NCBI GenBank assembly: GCA_951406725.2
Contig: OX597823.1
Coordinates: 54,870,001 to 54,934,000, forward strand
Length of the DNA: 64,000 nucleotides
Reading direction: 5' to 3'
Source: Octopus vulgaris
Lineage: Eukaryota
The position numbers and the translations under genes were made by a program. Under the pieces are notes generated by a model. It saw only the letters and a list, made by a program, of their open reading frames with translations, was not told the DNA's origin and made no database searches. Below are positions 37,183 to 52,705 of this stretch, in pieces; the stretch's first letter is position 1; each line of letters begins with the position of its first letter.

Positions 37183-37484
37183 TCTCTTTTACTTGTTTCA
37201 GTTATTTGACTGCGGCCATGCTGGAGCACCGCCTTTAGTCGAGTAAATCAACCCCAGGATTTATTCTTTGGAAGCCTAGCACTTATTCTATCGGTCTCTT
37301 TTGCTGAACCGCTAAGATACAGTGATGTAAACACACCACCATCGGTTGTCAAGCGATGTTGGGGTGGGGACAAACACAGACACACAAGCATATACACACG
37401 CATACACATATATGTATACATATATACGACGAGCTTCTTTCAGTTTCCATCTACCAAATCCACTCACAAGGCTTTGGTCGGCCC
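37183..37484 (-). mobile_element. SINE family A copy (5'-truncated)
   Basis: Reverse complement of the family body and tail. Confidence 0.85.
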
Positions 37485-37489
37485 TGTAT

Positions 37490-37825
37490 ATATAATTAAC
37501 TGGCACTGCATTGGTCATGACTACAAGGGTCCCAGTTGATTTGATCAATGGAAGAGCCTGCTTGTGAAATTAACATACATATGGATGAGCACTCCATAAA
37601 CACATGTACCCTTAACATAGTCCTTAAGGAGATTCAGTGCAAGACAGAGTGTAACAAGGCTGGCCCTTTGAAATACGGGTACTACACATCCTTGCCAGCT
37701 GAGTGGATTGGAGCAATATGAAATAAAGTGTCTCCCTCAAAGACATACTGCCATGCTAAGAATTGAACCAATGACATTACGATCATGAGCCATATACCTT
37801 AACTGCTAAGCCATGCACCTTCACA
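37490..37825 (-). mobile_element. SINE family B-related copy
   Basis: Reverse complement of 11750-12078. Confidence 0.75.
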
Positions 37826-38177
37826 AAGCTATAGATACCTTTAACATAAAAGAGATTATGTATTTCCAGCCAGCATGTCTGAAGAGCTGGTGATATTGTC
37901 TAAGTGGAATGGACAGTGTGAAACCTATGGTTCACTTCTGACCAGTTATATGCCATAACCAGTAATATAATACCCAATGCACATTGCTTAACGATTAGGA
38001 TAAGGCATTTATGATTGTATGATTGTAGTTTCGATAGTCGGCTGGATGTTTTCCTAGGGCTAAATAACTGCAACATTGGTCCTAATCAGGACTGCCATTA
38101 TATCTTGGCAAATAAGCTTTACTCTATCATACTATTGCTGCATGTTTCTTGTTCAGAGATTCAGAACTAATAATTTC

Positions 38178-38253
<76 letters not shown>

Positions 38254-38674
38254 AATATATGTGTGTGTGTGTGTGTGTGTGTAATGTGATTATAGTTTTT
38301 CAGATTGTTAAGTATATATTTTGATCTTAACTAAAACATAACTTGCCATTGCACTAAGAAAGTGTAGTTTTAAATTTCTAACAATTTAAGACTACACAAT
38401 ATGAGTTTCCATAAAAGTGAAATTACAGACTACATCCTGAAGCTGATGGTCATACCTTACAATTTCCATAAGCACTAAAATCTCGTTACCTGAGGTAGGC
38501 ATAATATGGGGATTCCTGTAAATGTACATGCATAAATATATGTATGTATGTATATGTATGTATGATTGTATGTATGTATGTATGTATGTAGGTAGGTAGG
38601 TATGCATGTAGATATGCATGTATGCATGTATGTATGTATGTATGTATGCATGTATGTAAGCATGCATGTATGTA

Positions 38675-38709
<35 letters not shown>

Positions 38710-38988
38710 ATGTATGCATGCATGCATGTACGTACGTATGTATGTATGTATGTATGTATGAATGCATGTATGTCATTCAATTTATTTCAAGATTTCTTGT
38801 CAATAGAGAAAAAACCGGTTTCTCACCTAGATCTAAGGCTCCTTCATTGGAATTTCGACATCAAAAACAGGGTATTTTTATATGTATGCATGCATGCATG
38901 TATGTATGTATGTATGTATGTATGTATGTATGTATGTATGTATGTATGTATGTATGTATGTATGAATGTATGTATGTATGTATGTATG

Positions 38989-39019
<31 letters not shown>

Positions 39020-39674
39020 GTTGAAAGGTCAGTCTTAAAACATCAGATTCTTCTCTCAACACTTACAAAGTTATCCAAGCTCACACTCACAATCTTCACT
39101 GCATATTGTTTGCCAGAGCAGACTTTCACCAATGGATTCTTTTTTTTTTCCCCAACAGTATTATATAGTAGATTGTTTAATTCTAAATTTATTAACTTGG
39201 GTCACTGGAACATCATCACTATATATTGTTTCTTATACGGGAATCAACTTGTAGGAGAATGGAAATTGGCAGTTATGATGTCTGGATATTAAAGTTGAAT
39301 ATGAAGTGAAATCCAAGTTGGAATCAAAACTGGGTTATGAATGTATTTTGTTATGGATAGCACAGAGATTCCCCCTAAGACATATCATATCTTGGGCAGT
39401 ATTGTTAACAACAATTTGCATTTGGACAAACCACATCTTTAAAATTGTCAAGAAGGGTGAGGGTGTCTCAAGAGTGCTCAGTAAGACCTTTGTCAGCTTC
39501 TTGTTGGTTACCACTTTAATTTATCAGCTGTTTTGAACATTTATTTTGGTGCAAAATTGAATAATGAAACGAAAGACAGAATTTAATAATTGTAATAACT
39601 ATAATGTTTATGTTAGTAAATGGAAAATATTATTCGGAAATGATAAAAGTCTGAGGGAAAATTCATACACTTAC

Positions 39675-40802
39675 CTGTGATCGTATGTATGTCTGTGACA
39701 AATTCCACGGATAGATTAACATCAGCAGAATTTTTTTCAAAGAGTTCTCGCAACTGTGATTTCCGCCTGGCAGAGCCACACAGTCTGTAAATGCCAACAA
39801 CTTCTAGTCCTCGAATCTCTATTTCTTCAATACATTTCTTCACTATTAATGGTACATCAAATCCAGAGTTTTCTCGGCTTATTACAACATCAAGATCAGT
39901 TCCAAACAAGGCATTCTTCTTTGATGAGGGCAATCGCTGTAAGGAAATCGCAGGCTTTTTATAAAGTAGCTCAATATAAAGAACTCCTTTTGGTTCCACT
40001 TTGAGAGCTACATGTTTGTTTTCACCGCTAACTATGTAATTTGGTAATACTACTGATCCATGGAAACACAACCGATGTTTAAAATTAGGGTCCCAGTTGT
40101 AGATTAGAAATGACACCTCTTTGGCTTCTTCAAGTTCTATATCGAAAGCTTCATCCCAGTCAAAGTTCACAGCACCGGTACGAATCATTGTTCGTGCTTT
40201 ATTGATTGAGTCAACTGCAACGACACAATACAAATCCCGTAATGTTGTCCTGGATGATTTTAAGCCTTGACCAGACAGAACATGGATTCCTAGCATTCCG
40301 TCGAGGCCTGCAATTTTCTGCACCTCGACCTTTCTTTTCATGTCACTTCTGTAGGACTCGTAGTCTCCGTAGTGGATCTGCAGTGGCTTTTTATAAAGTT
40401 GTAAATCCCTAAATCTGGATGCTGGCCGTGTCACAGTCCTTCCATTTGCCTCAAAACGTTTTGCTCGATCCACAGGGCTGCCGAGTGAGGTAGAGGTTGC
40501 TGCAGCGCCAACAGGCTTGCCTGTTTTTGCCACTGATGGTAAAGTGTTTCCAGCCTTCTGACCTTGCACTACAGCCGCAGCTGCCAGTGGATCATCCATT
40601 TGATATGTACGGTACGCCAGCAGAGAATCTGTACTGTGTTTGCGTACCATTTGTGAGCGAGCTGGTGTCTGGGTTGCAGCAGCTTTGCGGGTCGGTCCTG
40701 GTGAACCTTTAACAGCAGCCCAAGTCCAGTCATAATAGTCATCTGATGGGCATGCATCTGGAGTAGTAACAGATGACCGAGAGCCAGATATCTGACCTTG
40801 AC
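39675..40802 (-). CDS. RhoGAP100F: Internal coding exon of a Rho GTPase-activating protein 100F / Syd-1 / SYDE-like gene (linker + C2 domain + N-terminal part of RhoGAP domain)
   Basis: Acceptor tttctatttctctttcag|GT at 40803/40802 and donor ACAG|gtaagt at 39675/39674. The 1128 nt are open in the frame of ORF 39613..40650, extended upstream as QGQISGSRSSVTTPDACPSDDYYDWTW. C2 motif GMLGIHVLSGQGLK..RDLYCVV..KARTMIRTG..FDWDEAFDIEL..LIYNWDP..HRLCFHG and GAP start LFGTDL..VPLIVKKCIEEIE.RGLEVVGIYRLCGSA..DIHTITG match the Syd-1/SYDE family as recalled. Phase 1 at both ends. Confidence 0.92.
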
Positions 40803-41344
40803 CTGAAAGAGAAATAGAAAACAGTATATTAATAAATTAGAAATTCCAGAACAAATCAAATATTAACATTAGCATTAGTCATAATTATGATAATGATAAT
40901 AATAGTAATGATGATGATGATGATGATGATGACAGTGGTAGTGTGATGATGGTGATGATAATGATGACAATAATAACTGCAGTGTTTGATTAGAACTTCT
41001 GTTGTCAATCCTGGAAAGATGACAAGGGATAAATCAACCTTGAAAAGAATTCGATATCAGATGATGCTAGGAAGGGCACCCCAGTCATAGAAACCATGTC
41101 ATAGCCAACATTGGAGCTTGACTCAAGCCATTTGACCCGTGGAAGTATGGGAAATGGATAGTTAATGGGGACAATGATGATGAGGGCAGTGATGGCGGTG
41201 GCAGTGGTGGCAATGATGACAACGATGACGACAGCAATGATGATGATGACAATGACAGAAATTAAATACTGGAAAGCATTTTGTTCAACACACCACCATT
41301 TCTTTCAAACAACGATGATTATATCTCTGCAGGCTGATGGTCTT

Positions 41345-41482
41345 ACTCTTTTACTCTTTTACTTGTTTCAGTCATTTGAGTGCGGCCATGATGGAGCACC
41401 GCCTTTAGTCGAGCAAATCGACCCCAGGACATATTCTTTGTAAGCCAAGCACTTATTCTTAATGTATGTATATATTTATGTG

Positions 41483-41514
<32 letters not shown>

Positions 41515-41516
41515 CG

Positions 41517-41566
<50 letters not shown>

Positions 41567-41716
41567 GATTCTTCTACTTCTCTCTATTAAATTCATTCTC
41601 AAGGCTCTGGCCCCAGCACTATAGCAGAAGACATTTACCCAAGGTACCGTGCAGTGGGATTGAATGCAAAACTATGTGGTCAGAAAGCAAACTTCTCACC
41701 ACATAGCTACAGCCAC
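41345..41716 (-). mobile_element. SINE family A copy with internal deletion
   Basis: Tail at 41345-41460 and head at 41560-41716, joined by microsatellite. Confidence 0.75.
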
Positions 41717-42124
41717 ATATTTATTTAATCAACACCTACAGATACAACCTGTTGACATTGCCTATATTTAGTCAAACCGCTATCCAGACGACGACTACAA
41801 ACAGTGTTCCATCCCTTAAACATGTGACGTCAGTGTCCATCCAATGAATATCTTCAATTAACAGTTGTTAAATAGTCAACTAGAGCACCAATATATTTCA
41901 GTTAAAGTCAACATGTTTACTGAGACAAGAAAGGAAAATAGACACCAAATCTTATTTATTTCTTCTACTTAGATCTCTACAAATATCATTAAAAAAATAA
42001 AGCAGAAGACCAGAATTTAGAGGAATACATTAATATATTGTAATGTTTGGTTGAAACCACTGATATTTCTCACTCAATGTTTTCTACAGAATTTCTCTCA
42101 TTATACACTGGTAAATACACTATA

Positions 42125-42542
42125 TACTCTTTTACTCTTTCTCTTTACTCTTTTACTTGTTTCAGTCATTTGACTGTGGCCATGCTGGAGCACCGCCTTT
42201 AGTCGAGCAAATCGACCCCGGGTCATATTCTTTTGTAAGCCCAGTACTTATTCTATCGGTCTCTTTTGCCGAACCGCTAAGTAACGGGGACGTAAACACA
42301 CCAGCATCGGTTGTCAAGCAATGCTAGGGGACAAACACAGACACACAAACACACACACGCATATATATATATATACATATATACGACGGGCTTCTTTCAG
42401 TTTCCGTCTACCAAATCCACTCACAAGGCTTTGGTCGGCCCTAGGCTATAGCAGAAGACACTTGCCCAAGATGCCACGCAGTGGGACTGAACCCGGAACC
42501 ATGTGGTTGGTTAGCAAACTACTTACCACACACCCACTCCTG
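42125..42542 (-). mobile_element. SINE family A, young copy
   Basis: Near-identical reverse complement of 2134-2555. Confidence 0.9.
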
Positions 42543-42817
42543 GTTGATTTACAGAATCTAAAATTTTTGCTTTGCTTTTGGTCAGGAGAGAAAGGTAGTG
42601 TCTATGATCTCTTACAGGGTCTCTGGGACTGGTGAGAAGGAATAGAGGAATGAAAGATTTTATCCTCAAACACAGCCTGAATGCTCGCAACAAAGTGGAC
42701 TCAACTGAAGACATACAATTTATATTCCTTTACTTTGAGCATGCCTCAAAATATAGAATACATTTATATGTATGCATATATTGTGCATATATATATAATA
42801 TAAATAATATACATATA

Positions 42818-43224
42818 CTCTCTCTTTTACTCTCTTTTACTTGTTTCAGTCATTTGACTGCAGCCATGCTGGAGCATCGCCTTTAATCGAGCAAATCGAC
42901 CCCCAGGACTTATTCTTTGTAAGCCTAGTACTTATTCTATCGGTCTCCTTTGCTGAACCGCTAAGTTGCGGGGACATGAACACACCAGCATCGGTTGTTA
43001 AGCGATGTTGGGAGGACAAACACAGACACACAAACACACACATATATATATACATATACACGACAGGCTTCTTTCAGTTTCCGTCTACCAAATCCACTCA
43101 CAAGGCTTTGGTCAGCCCGAGGCTATAGTAGAAGAGACTTGCCCAAGGTGCCACGCAGTGGGACTGAACCCGGAACCATGTGGTTGGTAAGCAAGCTACT
43201 TACCACACAGCCACTCCTGTGCCT
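42818..43224 (-). mobile_element. SINE family A, young copy
   Basis: Near-identical reverse complement of 2134-2555. Confidence 0.9.
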
Positions 43225-44477
43225 TATATATATAATATAAATAATATACATATATGCATATATACATATATATATGTACTTACATATATATGTATACACA
43301 TATGCATATGTGGGCACAGGATGTCACAAAATATAAACAACAAAAAATATGAAGTACGAGGACATGGAATATGAACTTTTTTTATATATGTATATACTGT
43401 GTTATCTTTGTGTTAATGTTGTATTTGCCCCCATTACCACCACTGCCACATGACAATTCGTGTTAGCTTGTTTACATCCCTGTAACTTAGCAGTTCAGCA
43501 AAAGCAGTTAATAAAACAAGTACAAGGCTTAAAATTAAAAAAAATATAAGGACTAGGGTCGACTAAAACCCCTGAAGGTATTAATCCCAGCAGGGCCAGT
43601 CTAATGAGTGAAATCATTAAAAGATTAAAAATGAAAAAGATTAAAGATTAATGGATGTTATTATCAGGAATATGTCAGAACAAAATCCAAAGGCCCAGTA
43701 TTCAGTGAACAGGCTATGTTAGTAACCAATGTTAGTAACCTTACGTTATAAACTACAATTTGGAAATCTAGAGTGGAACATGGCAAAACGCTGCACATAA
43801 TATATCTAGGATCGCATGACAAAATGCTCCAAGGAGGCGATTTTTCTTTTTCATATTCTGTATCTAAGACATGCACAGAGTAAAAGGAACGAAAAGTGGG
43901 TTTTATTTCTCACTGTTGCAATTGTGATAGTAGCATAGACCGTGTGAGATAGCGATAGTATGGTAGGGACTTTAGTGTGTGTGCGTGTGTCGGGGTATAT
44001 TAATGGAATAGGGCTGTTTGTATGGGCTAGCATGTGTATGTATGAACATGTGTGTGTGTGTGTGTGTGTGGGGGGTTTAAGGCACTTTTCATAGTTTTCT
44101 CTTGCAAATCAGATTCGACTGTCTCTTTAACTGTCTACCTATCTGGCAATCTATCTTTTTATCTAGCTCTTCCTTTTCCATAGCTCTTTAACCACCACCA
44201 CCACCACTATCCACCACCACCACCACCACCACCATCATCCATCACCACCACCATCCACCACCACCTTGACGATGACGACAACGACCACGACGACCACCAC
44301 CACCTCCTGCCTTTTTCCTTCTCTCTCTCTCTCTCTCTCTCTCCAACCTACCCACTCTCTAAATTGCTCACTCTCTCTCTCTCAATCATTTTTCTTTTTC
44401 ACTTTATCATTCTCTCTTTTTCTCTCTCAATCACTCACCTATTTCTTTAATTACTGATTTACTCATTCTCTGAATCC

Positions 44478-44518
<41 letters not shown>

Positions 44519-44697
44519 TCTTTCTCTTTCTCTTTCATGCATAATTTTTATCTTTTATTTCTTGTAATTTCTCCTTGATGTGTATTTCTGGCTTCTGTCT
44601 TCTATATCTGACTTTTTCTTGTCATCCTCTCTCCATCTCTCTCTTTCTCTATTTCTCAATTCATCTACCTGTTTATCTCTCTCTCACAATCTGTCTG

Positions 44698-44764
<67 letters not shown>

Positions 44765-44781
44765 CTCTCTTTCTCTCTCTC

Positions 44782-44853
<72 letters not shown>

Positions 44854-45639
44854 ACTATCTATCTGTCTATCTATCTATCCTTATGTCTGTCCATCTCTCT
44901 CTCTCTTTCTCTCTCTCTCACTATCTCTCTATCCATCTATCCTTATGTCTGTCTACCTCTCTCTCTCTCTCTCTATTTCAATCCACCCTGTTATTCAGAT
45001 CCATCTAATTCAGATCCATTATTCAGATCCAGAGAAACATACTACCTCTCCTCCTCTTCTTATTCTTCTGTCTCCCTCTCTCTATCTCTTCTTTCCTCTT
45101 CCTTCTACCCATACTCTGTTACCCATAACATACTCCATATCTTTATACTATTCTGCACATATCTTTTACCTCCTCCCTCCTTCACCTGATCAACCTCCCA
45201 CTTCTACTCCTATCCTCTCATCAATTTACATACTCTAACTTCCCCTCTCTTAGATTCATCTCCCATTTCTCCTCGTTTTCACCTCCATTTCTATCTTATT
45301 TTCTTGTTCCAACCTTTCTTTATGGTTGCTATCCATCCTGTCATTCTTTCGTTTCTTCATTCTACCATTCCTTCATTCGTTCACATCATCCTCTCACCAT
45401 GCAACTCACTCAATCACCACCACCACCTCCACCACCACCACCACCACCACCATCAACAACACCATCAACAACACCATCATCACCAACACCACCGTTGCTG
45501 CAGCCACCACCACCACCACCACCACATTCATCATCATCATTATCACCAACACCATCACCACCATCACCATCAACAAAACACTCAGGATCACCAACTTTAT
45601 GATCTCCCCCTCCCCAGTACAGCTGTTACTGCAAATGAA

Positions 45640-46357
45640 TGAGGGAGCATCTACACGGTCTTTCATTCAACCAGCTAGAAATAGCAGCTAATATTTCTCG
45701 ACTCACAACCTGCAGTCCAGTTTAACAGAAAAACAAAAATCACCTGGATCAGAGATCCAGTTTCCTTGCACATAGAAACAAAATTAAAGAAACAAAACAT
45801 GTAATGGTTAAGACTGGAATGTCATTGATCATAAGTTTTCTTGGTTACAATTGAATCAGAGCAAAACAACAACAACTACAACAACAACAACAAGCAACTG
45901 CATAACCCTCATCTTCATCTTCAGTATAACTCTTCCCGCCACCACAATACCATATATATATATATGCGCACTTGTATGCATATATACCCACACAAAAACA
46001 CAAGTTCGTACACATGCATGCATAGCCATATGTGAATACATACACACACATGCAAACACACACACACATACTGACACACTGACACACAAATATACACACA
46101 CATGCACACACATCTATACACATATACATATGCATATATTTAAATAGACAGATATATACATACACAAACACAGACATCATGTTAGCATGTTCATTTGTTA
46201 ACACAAATGCTCACACACACATACACACATACACATTCATGTACATACACAAGCATACTACACATGCACAAACATATCAATATATATATATACACATATC
46301 AATGTTTTTATCCATCTGGCTGTCAATCAACCTATCTATCTTCTCTCTCTCCTGATA

Positions 46358-46432
<75 letters not shown>

Positions 46433-46437
46433 ATATG

Positions 46438-46491
<54 letters not shown>

Positions 46492-48808
46492 CATATATGT
46501 ATACATATATGTATATATGTATATATATGTATGTATATAATACACACACAAACATATACATTCATGTAAACATATATACAAACATTCGCACAGATATACA
46601 TACACATGAAACATACTTTCTCAAACATAACACACACACACATGCACACACAAGCACACACACAAGTCAATGAGGAAACCTCTACATGGTTAATCAGCTT
46701 GCTAGAAATAGAAGTCAAACTTCCTTTAGATTATATATTATTATAAAGGCAGGGCACATTCGTGTAATACTACATATCTATAAAAAGACAGGATGATCAT
46801 GGCTGGAATGCTTTTAACCATAAATCAACACTGACTTGGGGATAAGCATGTATACACATACTGTACACACAAGTGTATACACACACACATGTATTCAGAG
46901 GATTACATATACATAAATACAAACACATGTACACACACAGCAAAAGATGCACTTACACATACAATGCACACAAGCATATACAGATTTACAAATGGACACC
47001 AACATATACAACATGCACAAAGACATACACACACATATATACACACATGTACATATTCATGAACACATGTGTACATCGAGGCACATGCAGACACACACAC
47101 AAACACACGTACATAGAAGTACACATGTACACAGACACATGTGTACAAAGAGGAACACACACACACGCACACACAAACACACACAAACACATGTACATAG
47201 ACATGTACACAGATTAGTGTGTGTGCATGTACACAGATACGTGTGTACAAAGAGGCATATACATACACGCACACACTCACACACGTGTACACAGACCAGC
47301 ACACATACATGCAGAGACACAGACATGTGTGTGAAGAGCATAGAGAGACAAACACATGTTCACACATTCACATACACATCATACATGCACACATACACAC
47401 ACAGACATGTATAAAGAGACACATCAGACACATGCACACACACACATACACATGCACACTCTAACACACACACACACACACATAGACACCATTTATCATT
47501 TGTCTTCTCTCTATATATATTTATTTACAACCTTGTCTCTACGTGACTACAACAACCACATATAAACTATTTCCTGCACTTCACCCAATCGCTACCACTA
47601 ACACTATGGTACTAACCTCTGTATTATATTTCAAACTGCAAGAAGTAGTAGCTAAAACCTCCTTAAATCATACCCAGTTTATTATCTTAAAAAAACCCCA
47701 AAAAACCCCCCAGAAAACAAATGAAGAATAATAATGTTTGAATCTAAGTTGGTTTGGTCATGACTTGAGTGTCTTTGATTGTAGCTCTGCTTGAGTAGGG
47801 CTGTCCTGGGGTTAAACAACAACAACAAGAACAAAAACAAGAAATACAACAACAGCTACAACAATATGAGTAGCAACAGCTTCCATCACCATCCACTAAC
47901 AAGCACTATTAACATCACCACCACCACCATACCACCACAACCACCACCACCACCACCACCACCACCACTACCACCACCACCACCACTACCACCACCACCA
48001 CCACCACCACCACCATCGTCGGCATCATCATCATCATCATCATCATAATCATCATCTCCTTCAGCTAACATTATCAACCACACTGGCACCAGTACTATAC
48101 TGCACCACAAACATTACAACCACCACCATAACCACAGACTCTACTACTAAGACAATCACTACTACTACTACTACTACTACTACTTCTGATGCTATCACTA
48201 ACATTACCAAAGTCTGTTACTAATACTATCGATAACCACCACCATCAGTACGTCTACTAATACTACCAAAATTCATTACTGTTACCACTAATACTACCAC
48301 TAGCATCAGTAATGCCACCACCACAACCACTGCTAGCACCATAACCACCTCCACCACCACCACCACCACCACCACCAACACTACCACCACCACCACCACC
48401 ACCACCATCACCATCACCATCATCAACACCACCACCACCAACACTACCACCACCACCACTACCACCACCATCACCATCATCAACACCACCACCACCAACA
48501 CCACCACCACCACACACCACCACTACCACACACCACAACCACCATCATCACTAACACTAACAATAAGACTTCCAGTATAACGTAACCATTATCACTACTC
48601 TGTCAGTAATAGATCTATTGGTACTATCACCAATCCATTCATGACCACTGCTACTACTACATTCTGGCAACAATAAAACAGGGACCACCACCAACATACT
48701 TACTATCTGCAAACAACAATGCTACCCTCAAAACTATCTCCGCCGCTATTATTACCACTATTTTTACTATGACCAGTAGTATTATCTTAACCACCACTAC
48801 CACCACCC

Positions 48809-48858
<50 letters not shown>

Positions 48859-49183
48859 GCCAGTACCACCACCACCACCACCACCACCACCACTTCTACT
48901 AACAACATTATCTCCTCCACAATCAAAACTAACATTACTAAATGAATGGAGCAGCATTTACCCAGTTGCACAACCTGCTACAAACAGCAGCTAAATTACC
49001 CTCAAATCACACACCTTACCACTGTTTTAAGAAAGGAAAGAAAGATGGAAGCACAGTTTCTTACAATGCAGTATCTTATATGCACAAAGACGGGATGGTC
49101 ACGAGTGGATTGCTTTTGATCATAAGTCAATTTGATCTGAGGAATTACCTGGTGCCAAATAACAACTGTCAATGAAGGGGGAG

Positions 49184-49226
<43 letters not shown>

Positions 49227-49329
49227 TTCTACATTCTGGTTCAACTTGTTAGAAATAGCAGCCAAACTCCTCTCATCAGATCATGCCCTGATTATCTTGG
49301 AGAAGGAAGAGCACAATTGATAATGTCCT

Positions 49330-49417
<88 letters not shown>

Positions 49418-49519
49418 TATGTGTGTATGTATATAAATACATAGTTTCAGAGGTGTGTGTGTATATATGTATATATGTATGTATGTACATACATTCATAC
49501 ATACATACATATATACATT

Positions 49520-49552
<33 letters not shown>

Positions 49553-49635
49553 GTACTTTTAGATGTGTATGTATATGTGTGTATATGTGTGTATGTGTGT
49601 ATGTGTGTATGTGTGCATATATGTATGTATGAATG

Positions 49636-49679
<44 letters not shown>

Positions 49680-49825
49680 AATCTGTCTATCTATCTATCT
49701 ATCTATCTATCAATAGTTCTGTCTGTCTATCTATATAATGTCTGAATAAAAGGCAGGATGGTCACTGCTGGAATGTCTTTCATCATAGGCCTATTCAATC
49801 ATGGCTGACCTAGGGTTAAATGACA
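45640..49825 (+). repeat. Cluster of about five old copies of a repeat ending ggggctaaac(aac)n
   Basis: Shared agctagaaatagcagc..ggatggtca.ggctggaatg..gatcata..ggg.taaac at ~45640, 46670, 47640, 48940 and 49230/49750. Inverted copies at ~10950 and 60350. Confidence 0.6.
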
Positions 49826-49929
49826 ATCACTTCTACCAGCATAACTATAAACAGTATGACAATGACCATTGCCACCACAACCTACCCAACCCAACACTGG
49901 CTACAATTATGACACCCCCTACTACTACA

Positions 49930-50015
<86 letters not shown>

Positions 50016-50236
50016 CGCTGCTTCCTAAACAGCCTCTACAATTATTACTAACATTAAAAAGCTTCCCAACTACAAACAGAATCATTACAACCACTGGTAC
50101 TATCTCCATCACAAAAGAAAAAAAACAACCACCTGTGCAACCATGATGACCACTGGCACAGCTACCACCTATACTTCTGCATCACAAAATGCTGCCTCCA
50201 CTACCATTCAAAGCATGGCCAATGTAAAGACAAACC

Positions 50237-50291
<55 letters not shown>

Positions 50292-51189
50292 CAACATCGA
50301 TGGAGACGACCACCACCACTACCACCAGCACCACAATCACCACCACAGTCACCACAACAAACATCAGTCACCACAACAACCACCACCACAATAACCACCA
50401 CCACGACAACCACCACCACCACCAACACCACCACCACCACCATCACCACCAGCACTACCACCATCACTACCACCATCACCACCCACCACCACCAGTACAA
50501 CCATACAACCATACCATACCATCACCACCACCACCACCACAATCACCACCACCACAACAACAACTACCACTACAATCATAAGAACATACCATACCATCAC
50601 CACCATAAGAACCAACACCAGCATCAACTCCACAACGAGCACCACTGCTACCACCACCACCACCACCAGCACCACCACCAGCACCACCACCACCAACAAC
50701 ATTACTACATCGCATCACCGTTGCCGCCGTCTTCACTTTAAACAGCATTTGTCCCTAACCCACACCACCACTGCCACTACCACCAACTTCCACACCCTCT
50801 CTACAACATCCCACAATCCTTCCTCTTCTTCTCGTCACGCAGCCTCAGCTCGTCATGGCAACTGCAACACTTGGTGACTCATTCATATCCATACAACATA
50901 GCATTTCGCATCAGCCCACAATCAGTACCATCAGCATCGCCAGCATCCACTCCAACCATCATCATGAACACCACAACCATTACTACTATTACCACAACCA
51001 TCATTACTACTACTACTACTACTACCACCACCACCACCACCACCACCACCACCACCATTACTACTATTACCACAACCATCATCACTACTACTACTATTAC
51101 TACTACTACTACCACCACCACCACCACCACCACCACAACCACCACCACTACTACAGCTGCTGCTGCTACTACTACCACTACTACAGCTG

Positions 51190-51225
<36 letters not shown>

Positions 51226-51923
51226 GGAATGACACCACCAACACCACTACCACCACCACCACCACTAACACAACCAATATCACCAACAGCATAACAACTG
51301 TTGCAGAAATCACCATCATAAACAGCACCACTACCATCACCTCCATGAACACTATCATCACCACCACTGCAAACACCAAGACCACCACAACTACCACCAT
51401 GACAACAGTCTTGCTGCCACCTCACAACCATCTATGTCTCTGTCCACTTCCCCTTTTCCTCTCTCTCTTTCCCTCTTTCCTCTCCCCTTTCCATCCCCTC
51501 CTCCTCCTCCTCCTCCTCTTCCTTGCTGCATCTGCTTCTGCTGCTGTTGCTAATGCACACCTGGATAATGTAGCAACATGTGATGCAGGCAGACAGGCAG
51601 GAACACATGCACAGTGTGAAGGTCATGGGGCGGGTGGGTGGGTAGGTGAAATGCACAAGCACATATAGATGCACACGTACACACAAACACACACACATGC
51701 AAATGCATGCATGCACACATGCGTACATGCAGCCAGTCACATGAACGCATATGAAAACACTTGCATATGTATACATAGGCATACAGTCATACTACACATA
51801 CCCACACATACGCATGCATGCATACATGCATACATGCATACATATGCTGATACATAAAATGCAGCGTCACATACAAGATTTTCTAGACTGATGCATGTAT
51901 ATAACCATATACATAGACATACA

Positions 51924-51975
<52 letters not shown>

Positions 51976-52018
51976 GATAGATAGATAGATAGATATAGAT
52001 ATAGATATAGATATATAT

Positions 52019-52110
<92 letters not shown>

Positions 52111-52154
52111 ACACATATACACACACATATATATGCATGTATTGAATATAATTC

Positions 52155-52394
52155 TTTTATTCTTTTACTCTTTTACCGGTTTCAATCATTTGACTGCGGC
52201 CATGCTGGAGCATCACCTTCAAGGAGATTTCTATCGAAGCCTAGTACTTATTCTATCAGTGTCTTTTGCCCAGCCTCCAAGTTATGAGGATGTAAACACA
52301 CCAACATCGGTTGTCAAGCAATGGTGGCAGGGAAAAACACAGACACAAAGACACACGCACACTTAAAGACATACATATACACACACACACACAC

Positions 52395-52456
<62 letters not shown>

Positions 52457-52610
52457 GATGGGCATTTTTTCACTTTCTGTCTACCAAATCTACTCACAAG
52501 GCTTTGGTTGGCCCAAGGCTATAGTAGAAGACACTTGCCCATGGTGCCACTAATTGGGACTGAACCCGAACCATGTGATTAGGAAGCAAGCTTCTTACAT
52601 ATAGCCACAT
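52155..52610 (-). mobile_element. SINE family A copy
   Basis: Colinear reverse complement. Further older or partial copies at ~1950, 9710, 10770, 26880, 30618, 32460, 43400, 54860, 56230 and 61075. Confidence 0.8.
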
Positions 52611-52639
52611 ATATTCAAATATGCAGCTCTCTCCCTCTT

Positions 52640-52705
<66 letters not shown>

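Noticed and set aside
37875-37935. CTGAAGA...GAAACC-tat-GGTT hammerhead-like string
   Set aside because: Extra bases between stem II and GAAA and no convincing stem I; not counted among the motifs.
38025-38125. Repeat (second copy ~6950-7055) with TAAC-TGC...GGTCCTAA, superficially twister-like
   Set aside because: The 3' pseudoknot partner and P1 closure could not be found; only a simple hairpin (agtcct/aggact) is supported.
38490-38515. Possible 26-nt minus-strand micro-exon (tttacag|...CTCAG|gtaacg)
   Set aside because: It would give GIPILCLPQ, not the expected GAP continuation (G-VLKDYLRELPEPL-like), has a weak polypyrimidine tract and abuts a microsatellite.
39613-39674. C-terminal KCMNFPSDFYHFRIIFSIY of the 345-aa ORF, and its Met start at 40650
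   Set aside because: The tail is read-through past the GTAAGT donor, and the frame is open upstream to the acceptor at 40802, so this is an internal exon rather than a single-exon gene.
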